This document shows, piece after piece, positions 10,541 through 20,426 of a DNA stretch of 64,000 nucleotides. This stretch comes from Desulfobacterales bacterium. GTDB lineage: Bacteria > Desulfobacterota > Desulfobacteria > Desulfobacterales > UBA2174. The notes beneath the pieces are model-generated. The model did no database searches, was not told the DNA's origin, and was given only the letters and a program-made list of their open reading frames with translations. The stretch's first letter is position 1. Each line of letters begins with the position of its first letter. The stretch is from the NCBI GenBank assembly GCA_963668645.2, contig CAXXWC010000018.1, positions 352,001 to 416,000 of the forward strand. Direction: 5' to 3'. Both the position numbers and the translations under genes were made by a program.

Positions 10541-11570
10541 TTGGTGTCCCCTGTTTGCGGGCGATATCCAGGTCCATCGCGCCCATGGGGGTCTGGACGG
10601 TGCGCGATTGTACCGATCGGAACCCGCAGCGCAGCATGGCGCCGGCGATTTCCCCCTGGTCAAAGGCGTAATCCCGGCCGGTGCGCATGGCGTCTGCCAG
10701 ATGGCCGAGCATGGTGTCCGGCTGGGTCCGCTCATCGGTCATCCCGTCCTGAAAGGCGATGAACAACCCGCCGGGGTTCAAGGCCGCGGATATCTTGGTG
10801 ATCAGGGGATCCAGGTCGTGGCGGGCGAAATTGAGGGTCGAAGAGGCCCAGACCAGATCGTAGGGCCCTCCGATGGCGTCGTTCAGATAGTCGCCGGAGA
10901 TCACCGACACCCGGTCCTGCATCCCGTATTGCCGGATAAAGTCTTCGGCAACCGCCGTTACCGCCGGCCGGTCGAAGACCACTGCGGCTAGGGTCGGGTG
11001 GGCCGCGACAAAGTAGAGGGCGAACATTCCGTGGCCCCCGCCCAGATCGAGCATCCGGTGCAGGCCGGCGAACTCCGGCAAGCCGGCCAGGATGCGGGCC
11101 ATCTGCCGGCCCACGCCGCCGGTTACCCACGCCGCGCTGGTCCGGGTCGTCTCTGCCCAACGCCGTTCGGAGGCGAAATCTTCTTCCCTCTTTTCGCGGC
11201 CGGGGCCGGAGCACACCTGCTCGACGAGCTGTGCCAGCGGGTCCGCACACATGCGCTGGATCGTCTGCAACATGTCGCCGAGAAACGCCGGCGCCGTCTT
11301 GACGAGAAAGGCTGCGGCCTCCGGTCCGTTGCGGTAGCGGCCGGCGCTTTTTTGCACCAGCCCGATGGTGGCCAGGGCGTCGAGCAGCCGTGCGGTGTTG
11401 CCCGGGTGGGTCCCGAGTCGAGCGGCGACCTCATCGGCCCGGCAAGGCGTATCCAGTACCTCGAAAACCCCGAGTTCGATGCCGGCCAGCAGCAGCCGGG
11501 CCCGGATCGGTGCCTGGACCATTTCGACAAGGTACCGGCAGTCGTGTTCAACTTCAGGAAGTGTTTTCAA
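10512..11570 (-). CDS. O-methyltransferase (dimerisation domain + Methyltransf_2)
   Basis: AGIELGVFE N-terminal HTH, MLDLGGGHG, VFDRP, ISGDY motifs. Confidence 0.85.
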   Translation of the reverse strand: MKTLPEVEHDCRYLVEMVQAPIRARLLLAGIELGVFEVLDTPCRADEVAARLGTHPGNTARLLDALATIGLVQKSAGRYRNGPEAAAFLVKTAPAFLGDMLQTIQRMCADPLAQLVEQVCSGPGREKREEDFASERRWAETTRTSAAWVTGGVGRQMARILAGLPEFAGLHRMLDLGGGHGMFALYFVAAHPTLAAVVFDRPAVTAVAEDFIRQYGMQDRVSVISGDYLNDAIGGPYDLVWASSTLNFARHDLDPLITKISAALNPGGLFIAFQDGMTDERTQPDTMLGHLADAMRTGRDYAFDQGEIAGAMLRCGFRSVQSRTVQTPMGAMDLDIARKQGTPSDSNLDLRR

Positions 11571-11649
11571 TGCTTTTTCCTTTTCCTGCGCGAAGCGGTT
11601 TTTTATCGGTTGTCGGTTTGCCTGGGATGCCCCGTTGCGGGGTTCCCTT

Positions 11650-13506
11650 TCATGGCCCGACCGGTGTCGGCCGGCGGCTGCGTGCCAGGCGCGCCGAGTT
11701 GGCCACCACCAGCACGGAACTCAGGTGGTGAAACAGGGCCGCCAGCCAGGGGCTGAGCAGCCCGGCGGTGGCCAGGGCGATTCCCACCGTATTGAAGCCG
11801 ATGGCCCAGGCGTAGTTTTGCCGGAGCACCCGGCCCAGCCGGCGGCCCGAATCGATGATGGCCGGCAGGCAGGCCGCGCCGCCGCGCAGCACGATGATGT
11901 CCGAAGACTGGACCGCCAGGTCGGCATCGGCCCTGGCAACCGAGATCCCCACATCGGCTTCGGCCAGCGACAGGGCATCGTTGATTCCGTCACCCACCAT
12001 GGCCGTGGTTCCCCGGGCCCGGAGACGCTGAACGATCGCCGCCTTGTCCTGGGGCTTCAATCCCCAGCGAACATCGTCTGCGCCGATGGCCTCGGCCACC
12101 CGCTGGACCTCGCTTTTTTCGTTGTCGCCGGTGGCCAGGGCCACATGGTGCACACCCAGGGGGCGAAGCAAGGCGCCCAGATTCCTGGCGTCTTCGCTCA
12201 GCGTGTCGCGTATGACAAAGGCACCGGCGACCTGGCCGTCGATGGCGATCCAGGTCACGCTGCCCCCGGGCGTAAAGTCGCCAGGCAGCCGGTTTCCCAA
12301 CGCCTTCATGGTTTCGGCCGAACCGAGGACCACCTGGCGCCCCTGAACGGTGGAGCGGACCCCCAAAGCCGGCAGGTATTCGGCCTTGTCCGCTGGCAGC
12401 GGGCAAATCTGTCGGGCCGTCGCATACGCCACCACGGCATCGGCAACCGGGTGGCGAAACCCCACCTCCACCGAGGCGGCGATGCGAAGCAGCTCTTCTT
12501 CCGGCATTCCGAAGGTAACGACACGGGCGACTTGGGGCCGGCCCAGCGTCAGGGTGCCGGTCTTGTCGAGCACAACGTTTTGTATCTGTCCGGCCCGTTC
12601 CAGCGGTTCACCGCCTCGCACCAGGATGCCGCCGGCGCTCAGCCCCCCGATGGCCGCGGCAAAGGCGGTGGGCACCGACAGGGCCCAGGCGCAGGGACAG
12701 GCCACGGCGGTGACCGCCGCCATGCGCACCAGGGCCTCATCCGTATCACCGGAAAGGCCGCCGTAAAAAAAGAACACACCGGCAGCATAAATTACAACAC
12801 CGCCGATAAAAAACTGTACGATGTTGTCGGCGGTGCGCTGGGTGCGCGGCTTGCGTTCCAGGGCCGCCTTGATCTCCCTGGCCATGGCGTAGACAAAGCC
12901 CTGGTCGCCGTTCTTTTCGGCCTGGACCCGCAATGGCGGGCCCAGGTTGATGCTGCCCGAAATAACCGTGTCGCCGATCTGCTTTTGGACCGCCAGCGGT
13001 TCGCCGGTGATCACCGATTCGTCCACCGGGGCCGAGCCCTCGACGATCCGCCCGTCCACCGGGATCGACTCGCCCTGGGCCACCACGGCCAGATCCCCCC
13101 GGCACACGTCCTCCACCGGCAGGTTCATCAGGCGGCCGTTGCGCACGATGCGCACCATCTTGCGCCTTTGGCTGACCAGGGACTCGATGCGTCGCCGGGT
13201 CTTTTCGATGATGGCAAAGGAGATGGCCAGCCCCAGGCTGATGAAACCGGCCACCAGGGCACCGCCCAGCGGTTGGCCGGCCGCCAGGGAAACCACCATG
13301 ACCGTCACCACCAGAAGGTCGGCGGTGACCCGTTTCATCCGGGTCAGTGCAATGAACAGGGCCTTGGCGTACATGCCCAGGCAGATGCAATACCAGACCA
13401 GCCCGAGCCATTCGGCCGCGGCCCAGCCGCCGAGCCGCTGGGCCGCGAAGCACAGGACAGCAGCCACGGCCACCGCTGCACGGATAAAAAACACCTTGGA
13501 AGTCAT
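11650..13506 (-). CDS. Heavy-metal P1B-type ATPase without N-terminal HMA domain
   Basis: ITGEP, VACPCA, DKTGTLT, HP, MVGDGIND motifs. Confidence 0.9.
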   Translation of the reverse strand: MTSKVFFIRAAVAVAAVLCFAAQRLGGWAAAEWLGLVWYCICLGMYAKALFIALTRMKRVTADLLVVTVMVVSLAAGQPLGGALVAGFISLGLAISFAIIEKTRRRIESLVSQRRKMVRIVRNGRLMNLPVEDVCRGDLAVVAQGESIPVDGRIVEGSAPVDESVITGEPLAVQKQIGDTVISGSINLGPPLRVQAEKNGDQGFVYAMAREIKAALERKPRTQRTADNIVQFFIGGVVIYAAGVFFFYGGLSGDTDEALVRMAAVTAVACPCAWALSVPTAFAAAIGGLSAGGILVRGGEPLERAGQIQNVVLDKTGTLTLGRPQVARVVTFGMPEEELLRIAASVEVGFRHPVADAVVAYATARQICPLPADKAEYLPALGVRSTVQGRQVVLGSAETMKALGNRLPGDFTPGGSVTWIAIDGQVAGAFVIRDTLSEDARNLGALLRPLGVHHVALATGDNEKSEVQRVAEAIGADDVRWGLKPQDKAAIVQRLRARGTTAMVGDGINDALSLAEADVGISVARADADLAVQSSDIIVLRGGAACLPAIIDSGRRLGRVLRQNYAWAIGFNTVGIALATAGLLSPWLAALFHHLSSVLVVANSARLARSRRPTPVGP

Positions 13507-13519
13507 CGATTTTCTTCGG

Positions 13520-13966
13520 CTATCCGTTGGCGGCCACGGCTTCGGTCCATCCGGCGATTTCCTCTCTGGCATCCTGCGGGTCTCCATCGATCTTGAGCGG
13601 ATCGTAGACCAGCACTGCACCCATCTTTTCGACCCTTTGGGCGATGGCGTCCACCGCGCCGCAAAAATGGGTGAAACTGCTGTCGCCGCAACCGAAGACG
13701 GCCAGTTTGCGGCCCTCGAGCTTGACCGTGTCCATCTCTTCGTAAAAGGAGGCGAAGTCTTCCTGTAGTTCGATTTCCTCTTCTCCCCAGGTCGAGGCCC
13801 CCAACAAAATCAGGTCGTAGTCTCGCTCCAGTTCGCTGACCGGCAGGCCGGCCACATCCATTACGGTCGCTTCCCAGCCTATTTTGCGGAGCACGTCCGA
13901 GGCGATGTGGGCCACGGTTTCGGTGTTGCCGGTGGTGCTGCCGAATATGATTGCTGCTTTTGCCAT
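13520..13966 (-). CDS. Short-chain flavodoxin
   Basis: FGSTTGNTE FMN loop, LGASTWG, FGCGDSSFTHFCGAVD; GGAGG RBS. Confidence 0.95.
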   Translation of the reverse strand: MAKAAIIFGSTTGNTETVAHIASDVLRKIGWEATVMDVAGLPVSELERDYDLILLGASTWGEEEIELQEDFASFYEEMDTVKLEGRKLAVFGCGDSSFTHFCGAVDAIAQRVEKMGAVLVYDPLKIDGDPQDAREEIAGWTEAVAANG

Positions 13967-14109
13967 CTGATTTACCTCCTGCTGTTTTCACCACAGCGGC
14001 ACAGAGAAAAACCAAAATATCAGTGTGCTGCGCCCCTGTGGCGCGATAACGGATTGAGTCGTGACAAAACGTCGAATTTGTCAACCGGAACGCTAAGGAT
14101 ATCCACCCT

Positions 14110-14520
14110 TCAGGCCGCCGCCAGGCTCCCCTCCGCCTCCAGCAGAGGCAGCAGTTCGTCGAAGGGCATCTCGTCGCGGAAGACCAGCCCCCCGCGCCGG
14201 GCGTCATTTTCGATCATCTCGGACGAAAACAGGGTGACCACCTGATTTTCCACGCACAGCACATAGAACAGGTTCTTGAACAGTTCGATCCGGTAGAGGG
14301 TTTTGGGCTTGGGCCGTCCTTTATAAGAGGCCGCCGAAAGGTAAATGGTGCGGCCGTCATCGCGGGCCTTGTTCAGGGCCTGGGCGATTACCCGCCGGAC
14401 GTCCTTGGAGGTGCGCCGGTTGCGCCGCACCGCCGGGTCGTCCACCCGTTTCTTGTACTGGTTGACCGGATGGGCACCGATGGCCCAGTCGCTCTTGGTA
14501 CGCTTGCCGATTTTGGCCAT
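14110..14520 (-). CDS. Hypothetical basic protein
   Basis: AAGGAG RBS before MAKIGKR; GC-rich codon usage; no family recognised. Confidence 0.6.
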   Translation of the reverse strand: MAKIGKRTKSDWAIGAHPVNQYKKRVDDPAVRRNRRTSKDVRRVIAQALNKARDDGRTIYLSAASYKGRPKPKTLYRIELFKNLFYVLCVENQVVTLFSSEMIENDARRGGLVFRDEMPFDELLPLLEAEGSLAAA

Positions 14521-14556
14521 GATGGGCTCCTTTCTGTTGCCGATCCGCAGGTGCAC

Positions 14557-14605
14557 AAAAAAAGGCGCGAAGGGTATCCGCCCGCCGGACATCCCTTGCG
14601 CCTTC
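14557..14605 (-). terminator. Intrinsic terminator-like hairpin in the leader of the 14520 gene
   Basis: Minus strand AAGGCGCAAGGG..CCCTTCGCGCCTT followed by a T run. Confidence 0.55.
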
Positions 14606-14904
14606 ACTTCTTTTGCGCACCGCAAATCGGCCGCACGCCGTAAGGCTTATCGATATATGTAAGAAACATCTAACTTGATAAGTACTTCCTTATACGCCTG
14701 TGCCAGACCTGTCAAGTCCTTTTCCGCAGCTCCGACCGGATTTTGACTGCCCATCCAATTTCCGGTCCGGCGCGTTGGCTTGGAGCAAAAAATGGCATCT
14801 GAAGGAAGTGGGGGTGTCATGAAAATCCAGCGGTGGGCGATTTGAGTTCTTTCCGGCCGGTACTTTCTCTGTTTCGATTCGGTGGAATTTTTACTTGAAG
14901 CCGG

Positions 14905-15069
14905 TATAGCCTTTGTGTAAGATCTCAATCGGTTCGTCCAAAGAAGCCTGCCGGGCCGATATAGCCTTTGTGTAAGATCTCAATCGGTTCGTCCAAAGAA
15001 GCCTGCCGGGCCGATATAGCCTTTGTGTAAGATCTCAATCGGTTCGTCCAAAGAAGCCTGCCGGGCCGA
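14905..15069. repeat. Perfect tandem repeat, 3 x 55 bp
   Basis: Unit TATAGCCTTTGTGTAAGATCTCAATCGGTTCGTCCAAAGAAGCCTGCCGGGCCGA starts at 14905, 14960 and 15015; no spacers. Confidence 0.95.
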
Positions 15070-15479
15070 AAAACAAGGAAGGATCCGGCAGCCAACTGCT
15101 GCACCACCCGGATGAAAGCGAGGCCGCACCGTGACCGACAGAACCGTCTGGATCGATGTGTGCCCGGGCCGATCAGGCATTCTCATGACGGGAAGCGCCG
15201 CCTCCTGTCCGAAGCCCATATTCATTACTGAAAAGCCGTGTCGCCGAAAAGCCGACGGCCTGCATGCGTTGTTGCGGCAAGGATGGCCCGGTCTTGGTAT
15301 ATGGCGGCACTCGGCCCGCCGTGGTCTCCTTCATTCGTGCGGTCAAAGCCTGATCTGGAGGTGTGCGAAGATGCTTGGTGCATACGGGAGCCGGGAAAGG
15401 GCAAAATTTTTCGCAAGGCGCGAATGGGACGACCCTTCGGCCCAAATCATTCGCTCGGAATTTTCAGGCTAAACCGTCC

Positions 15480-15606
15480 GACGCGGAACGGTCTGGCTAG
15501 TCCGATAAGGATGGAATGCTTAAACAATTGAATTGTTGGCTATTTCATTGATAATCTTTTCGGGCTGGCGGGTCTAGTCGGAAACGTCAGCCCAACACTG
15601 TTAACC
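15480..15606 (+). other. Putative integron attI region; crossover core GTTAACC at 15600-15606
   Basis: GTTAACC is the exact complement of GGTTAAC (16232-16238) that ends the first cassette; no attC hairpin upstream of it. Confidence 0.6.
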
Positions 15607-15622
15607 GTCAGAAAAAATTAGC

Positions 15623-15657
15623 TTGAAAAAGCATAGGGTATGATTTATTATCATACC
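15623..15657 (+). promoter_or_regulatory. TA-cassette promoter with overlapping operator palindrome
   Basis: TTGAAA-17bp-TATTAT; inverted repeat GGTATGAT-N5-ATCATACC at 15637-15657. Confidence 0.7.
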
Positions 15658-15671
15658 TGGAGGTGATAAAA

Positions 15672-15914
15672 ATGCCAGCATCAAAAATTGCAATTACAAT
15701 TGACGACAAGACCCTTAAACAGCTTGATATTCTTGTCAAATCAAAATTTTTTCCGAACCGTAGCAACGCCATTCAACAGGCCGTTGCTGAAAAGCTTATG
15801 CGCATTGAGAAAAGCCGTCTTGCGCAGGAGTGTTCCAAGCTCGACCCTAAATTCGAACAGTCTTTAGCTGAGGAAGGCTTCTCATCGGAGTTGGAAGAAT
15901 GGCCTCAATATTAA
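15672..15914 (+). CDS. Ribbon-helix-helix (CopG-like) antitoxin, cassette 1
   Basis: [20 protein letters not shown] pattern; overlaps toxin start. Confidence 0.85.
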   Translation: MPASKIAITIDDKTLKQLDILVKSKFFPNRSNAIQQAVAEKLMRIEKSRLAQECSKLDPKFEQSLAEEGFSSELEEWPQY

Positions 15915-16237
15915 GGGGTAACATACACTGGGCAGATTTAAATCCAGTCATTGGAAGCGAACAGGGCGGCTTGCGCCCTGTTCTCATTTTAAGTCACAAT
16001 GTATTTAACGAGAGATCGGGTACTGTAATTGCCGTCGCGATCACCAGCCAGCGGCAAAAGGCAGGCTATCCATTAACTATGGAACTGGTGGGAGCCAAGC
16101 TTCCCAAAAAATCATGGGTAAAGATTAGCCAGATTCGAATCCTGTCTACAAAGCGTATTGGCAAAAGGATATCAAAAGCATCCGACGAAGAGTTGACGCT
16201 CATTATTGAGGGGTTGAATGAAATAATTGGCGGTTAA
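15899..16237 (+). CDS. mazF: MazF/PemK-family endoribonuclease toxin, cassette 1
   Basis: [32 protein letters not shown] motifs; stop codon lies in the attC inverse core. Confidence 0.92.
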   Translation: MASILRGNIHWADLNPVIGSEQGGLRPVLILSHNVFNERSGTVIAVAITSQRQKAGYPLTMELVGAKLPKKSWVKISQIRILSTKRIGKRISKASDEELTLIIEGLNEIIGG

Positions 16238-16625
16238 CCATGCAGTGAACAGGACCGCTCGTTCCTCGCGGCCAGTGACCGCAACTAAACCGCTTCGCGG
16301 TAGCGAATAGAACGCGATTCGTTGCTCTTTGAAAATCTGTTCGTTGAAGCCGGAAAGGTGAAACAGCCCGGTAGCGGTCTATCTGTCGGTCTTTGGGGAA
16401 GGTGATATGTGTTTACCCATCACATTCACCTTCTGTTGCCTCCCGCATTAATCCGTTCAAAAATTCCTGAATAATTCGACCGATCGGTGACAATTTAAGA
16501 TTAATTTGGCGAGCCGCCGGAGCGCCCCGCCGTCAGAAGTGCTTGTCAGCGGTCAGAACGGGATGTTGTCTCGCATCGGGCAATCCTCTTTATAATGACT
16601 CCGCATACAATCTTAAACGTTAGCA
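16232..16625 (+). other. attC site 1, split by a 333-bp insertion just before the GTT core
   Basis: GGTTAAC-CATGCAGTGAAC...GTGACCGCAAC|insert|GTTAGCA; removing 16286-16618 restores a ~60-bp attC hairpin. Confidence 0.75.
16286..16618. mobile_element. Non-coding 333-bp element inserted in attC (candidate non-autonomous IS110/IS1111-type element or MITE)
   Basis: Begins and ends with TAAAC; internal hairpins ACCGC-TTC-GCGGT and GAAGGTGA..TCACCTTC (16398-16433); no long ORF. Family assignment is inference. Confidence 0.55.
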
Positions 16626-16653
16626 GCCTGCTGGGGACAAGAAGGGAACTGTC

Positions 16654-17103
16654 ATGATGTTTAAAGACGATAAAGGTGGATTCGCTTTCTCATGTAAAGA
16701 TGCGAAATTTTGTCTTGAAGCAAGTACTTGGGGAACAAAGTTGTCGCAGATTGGAAAAATGAAAGGCGCGATTTGCATCATGACAAAATTATTACCGAAT
16801 ATTCAATATATTGAAAGAATCCTATCTAAGCGGCCCACAAATATATTTATTCTTGCACATGACGAAGCGGAGTTTAACGCAAAATTAATCAAGCAAAAAT
16901 ATCCCGGGATTCGCGTAGCACTACATTCTAAAATTAATGCAAAAATAGTATTTATTGAGCCTCATCATGTATGGATTTCCAGCGCCGACTTTGGAGAATC
17001 GATATTGTTAGATTCTGCTGTTGGGATTCATTCTGCCGAAGTGTATGAAAGAGGTCTAAAAGAATTTTTCGGTAAGGAATGGGAAAAGGCAACTGAGCTA
17101 TGA
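16654..17103 (+). CDS. PLD-like (HKD-fold) domain protein, cassette 2
   Basis: INAKIVFIEPHHVWISSADF resembles HxK(x4)D(x6)GSxN but is degenerate; flanked by GTTAGCA / TGCTAAC. Confidence 0.55.
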   Translation: MMFKDDKGGFAFSCKDAKFCLEASTWGTKLSQIGKMKGAICIMTKLLPNIQYIERILSKRPTNIFILAHDEAEFNAKLIKQKYPGIRVALHSKINAKIVFIEPHHVWISSADFGESILLDSAVGIHSAEVYERGLKEFFGKEWEKATEL

Positions 17104-17106
17104 GTC

Positions 17107-17182
17107 TGCTAACAACTGCTTCCAGGGGACACCGCACCCGCGCTTCCGCGCGGTCACGGCGCCCCTGAAGCAGAGGTTATAC
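17107..17182 (+). other. attC site 2
   Basis: TGCTAAC-AACTGCTTCCAGGGG...CCCCTGAAGCAGAG-GTTATAC, imperfect palindrome with one extra base. Confidence 0.9.
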
Positions 17183-17207
17183 CACAGGAAAAAGGGACAT
17201 TGAAACG

Positions 17208-18242
17208 ATGATTAGAAAACGTACAAAAGAAATCCATAGACTGATAGAAGCGTTCGAGAAGGAGGCGAATCAGTTTTATGATATCGAATTCAGTGTTTTC
17301 TATTTGAGTCAAAATGGGCCGGTTGAAGATCGAAAGTTTCATGAAAAGAATCACACGATAATGCTTTGGCAATATCAAGGTAATATGGACGAAAAAAATG
17401 TTTCTGAACGTGTGACAAAAAATGTCATGGAAAGTAATTTGCAATGGGGATTGAAGGGTGCACAATATACTTGTTGCGGTGTGATTGAAGGGCCAGAAAC
17501 TGATCTATTCGTGAAGATGGCAAAACGATCTGCAAATCTTTTCGATAAAAATGAAATTCGAAAAATACAAAATGCAATTACAGCCAAACTTCGGCAAAAA
17601 TTGAAAGAAAATGGTGTAGAGAGAACAATAATGGCGTTCAATAGAAATCCATTGGGGATATGGATGAGCTATCTTTTATATCATTTGTCTATGGTGCAAG
17701 AGGATTTTCAGCCGATCAATAGAATTGATCCAGAGCCATTTTGCTTATCGTTACTCGCGCTTGAAAAATTATTAGAGGATAAAAAGCCTAGCAAATCGGA
17801 TAGATCTTCAAAACGATTAGAAGATATTAAATTCAAAGTTGCGCTATCTTTTCCAGGGGAAAAAAGACGCTACGTTTCGAACGTTGTAAAGCAATTAAAA
17901 AAGACGCTTGGATCAGACTCGGTATTTTACGACTATGATTATCAATCTCAATTGGCACGACCTAATTTGGATGTTTTTTTACAAAAAATTTATAGAGAGC
18001 AATCTGAATTGATAGTTGTCTTCTTGTGTAAAGAGTATTCCGAAAAAGAGTGGTGTGGCTTGGAGTTCAGGGCCGTTAGGGACATGATTAAATCTAAAAA
18101 CAGTGACAAAGTTATGTTCGTCAAATTTGATGATTCTCAAATTGATGGATTGTTTTCAGTTGATGGATATATATCTGCTGAGCAACATTCATCTAATGAA
18201 ATTGCTGATTTTGTATTGCAACGAATTGAACTGAATTCTTGA
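17208..18242 (+). CDS. Protein with C-terminal TIR domain and unrecognised N-terminal domain, cassette 3
   Basis: VALSFPGEKRRYV, VFYDYD, IVVFLCKEYSEKEWCGLE (WCxxE catalytic Glu present). Confidence 0.85.
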   Translation: MIRKRTKEIHRLIEAFEKEANQFYDIEFSVFYLSQNGPVEDRKFHEKNHTIMLWQYQGNMDEKNVSERVTKNVMESNLQWGLKGAQYTCCGVIEGPETDLFVKMAKRSANLFDKNEIRKIQNAITAKLRQKLKENGVERTIMAFNRNPLGIWMSYLLYHLSMVQEDFQPINRIDPEPFCLSLLALEKLLEDKKPSKSDRSSKRLEDIKFKVALSFPGEKRRYVSNVVKQLKKTLGSDSVFYDYDYQSQLARPNLDVFLQKIYREQSELIVVFLCKEYSEKEWCGLEFRAVRDMIKSKNSDKVMFVKFDDSQIDGLFSVDGYISAEQHSSNEIADFVLQRIELNS

Positions 18243-18253
18243 GCCGAATTTTG

Positions 18254-18327
18254 GCATAACAAGTGCTTCAAACGGGACATCTAACCGCGCTTTCGCGCGG
18301 TCAGCCGCCCGTTAAGCACGGTTAGCG
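18254..18327 (+). other. attC site 3
   Basis: GCATAAC-AAGTGCTTCAAACGGG...CCCGTTAAGCACG-GTTAGCG; central CCGCGC-TTTC-GCGCGG region like attC2. Confidence 0.9.
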
Positions 18328-18835
18328 ATGTAAATGAACGTATGCAGATTTTTCAAATGGTAAATATTTCAGAAGTGTTAATTCGGGAGATTGAGAAGAA
18401 AGAATTTGTTGTTCTTGAGGACTTGCTATATGAAGCGATTTTTCAACCTGATATGATGAATCCAATTCCTCGTAGTGTAATTGATATACCTGAAGTTCGG
18501 GTATACATAAAAGATTTTAGTCATAAGAAAGATGATTATTGTTTAGTCGCTTTATCCAATGGGCAGATAATTGGGGGTGTTTGGGTTCGAATCTTAGCTG
18601 ATGATATCAAAGGTTTTGGCAATATAGATGATAAAACCCCTGAATTCGTTATATCAGTATTCAAAAAATTTCAGAATCAAGGTGTTGGCAAACTTCTAAT
18701 GGCGGAAATGATTTCATATCTGAGAAAAAATGGATATAGCCAGGCATCCTTAAGTGTTCAAAAAGAGAACTACGCAGTAAAGATGTACAAAAATTTTGGA
18801 TTTAGAATAGTAAGAAAAAACAATGAAGATTATAT

Positions 18836-20373
18836 CCCTACAACGCAACTAAAGGTTATTTGACAATCTCAGCCAGTCGCTTTTTCCGGTGCGATAGATA
18901 GGCACGGTGGTTTTTATCTTGCACCCAGATGATTTGCGCAATCAGGGTGTCGAGTGTGTGTTTGCGCATGGGTAGTAGCAGTCTGATCAGCACTCTAAGC
19001 TGCGACAGCGTAATAGATGGTGCTTTTTTTCCCCAACCTGATTTTCAGGTGCCAGAGGAAAAAGTGGGCCATTATGCACGTGAGTATGTGGTGGTGCCAG
19101 CCCGGAAACTTTCTGACCTCATAGTGATCCATGCCCAGTTCGGTTTTGGTTTCCTCGAAACACTGCTCGATGGCCCAGCGCATCCCGCTTAGCCAAATCA
19201 GGGGCTTGAGCCGAATGCTGGGGGAGGCGTTGCTGATATAATAGGAATAGTGCCGATCCTCCCCGAGGGTGCGCCGGATCAGCAACCAAGCGGCTTTCCC
19301 AGGCATCTTATCGGCTGGAAGGATGATCCTGCGCCGGGTGAATTCATAAACGATCGGCCCCTTGGTGCCTTCGGAAACCTCGCGGCGGTACCAGAAATAG
19401 TCGTTGATGTTTTTTGCCAACGCCTCGACGCTCATCGGTTTGCTGTCGGCATCGGCCAGCACGGTTTTCGTCCGGGTCGTTCCGCCCCATCGATACTGTC
19501 GGGTAATAGTCATGGGTTTCTTGAGCCAGCACAAGGTCGTCTTGGTCACCGATACCAGGTAGGTCGTATCCGGCAACGATTCCACAGCGCCGATGAATTC
19601 CGGACTCATACCGTAGATCGAATCGGCCAGTACATATTTGAACGGCAGCAGCTTTTCCCGGCGGATTTCTTCAAGCATTTCGGCGGCAAGCTGCGGCTTG
19701 GTCCGAAAAACGACATCCTCCGGCATTTTACACTTTTGCCTTCGCAGGGCATGTTCATCCGAAAACCATTTTTCGGGTACAAACAGCCGCTTGTTGACCA
19801 AGGCATATCCTTTTTCGGAAGCGTAGGCGGCAAAGACGCCGACCTGGCAGTTGTCGACTTTGCCAATGTTGCCGCAGTATTGGCGGGCGACTCCCACGGA
19901 TTCGTCTCCCTTTTTGACAAAGCCGCTCTCATCGAAGATCAGGACGCCATCGGGGCTTCCGAGATCGTCATTTACAAGACTACGATATTTGATTTCGATA
20001 TTTGTGTCATCCCAAGGTGCTTCACTGACAAACCGTTGCAATGCCCTGACATTTCCATTTTAGACGGCAAGGGCGATTGGTTCAATGGATTTTCTTTCCA
20101 ACGGGCTGAACTGCCCAACCATGTAATTGAAGAAATGTTCTCTGGACTCACTGCGTTGGAAACAATCGTAAAACTGTTCATGAAAGCCTCTGAGTTCGCT
20201 CATGAAATCTTTGATATCACCCCGAGCGAGATCAAATTTTGGAACATCGTATAGGTATTCGTCATGACGGCAACTGGGTAGCATGGTCTGCCTCCTATAT
20301 GTGGGTTGTTGCGTAGTATGGCAGGATGCTACGAAAAAATCAAGTGTTAATCATAACAAGTTGCGTTGTAGGG
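18836..20373 (-). mobile_element. IS701-family insertion sequence
   Basis: Terminal IRs CCCTACAACGCAACT / AGTTGCGTTGTAGGG; 4-bp target duplication ATAT. Confidence 0.9.
18857..20284 (-). pseudogene. IS701 DDE transposase with in-frame nonsense codon at 20060-20062
   Basis: DESGFVKKG..GVARQYCGNIGKVDNCQVGVF, RWAIEQCFEETKTELG; A7 slippery site near 19030 gives a -1 frame tail ..AYLSHRKKR. Confidence 0.85.
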
Positions 20374-20426
20374 ATATAATGTTGCTGAATTTGGTAGATG
20401 AAATAAACCACAGTACAAAATCAATC

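Noticed and set aside
88..13768. Long plus-strand ORFs (554, 776, 562, 763, 743 aa)
   Set aside because: Antisense shadows of GC-rich minus-strand genes; no recognisable motifs
14660..14720. Fur box and promoter for the flavodoxin cluster
   Set aside because: TTGACA is present but -10 spacing is poor and the AT-rich site is not a convincing palindrome
14905..15069. Possible CRISPR array
   Set aside because: Units are contiguous and identical with no unique spacers; no cas genes in the window
15120..15300. Possible decayed integrase: minus-strand frames give THAGRRLFG and PGHTSIQTV, like HxxR and LGH motifs
   Set aside because: Motifs are in different frames, no catalytic Tyr, and the stretch is short; needs a translated HMM search before it can be called
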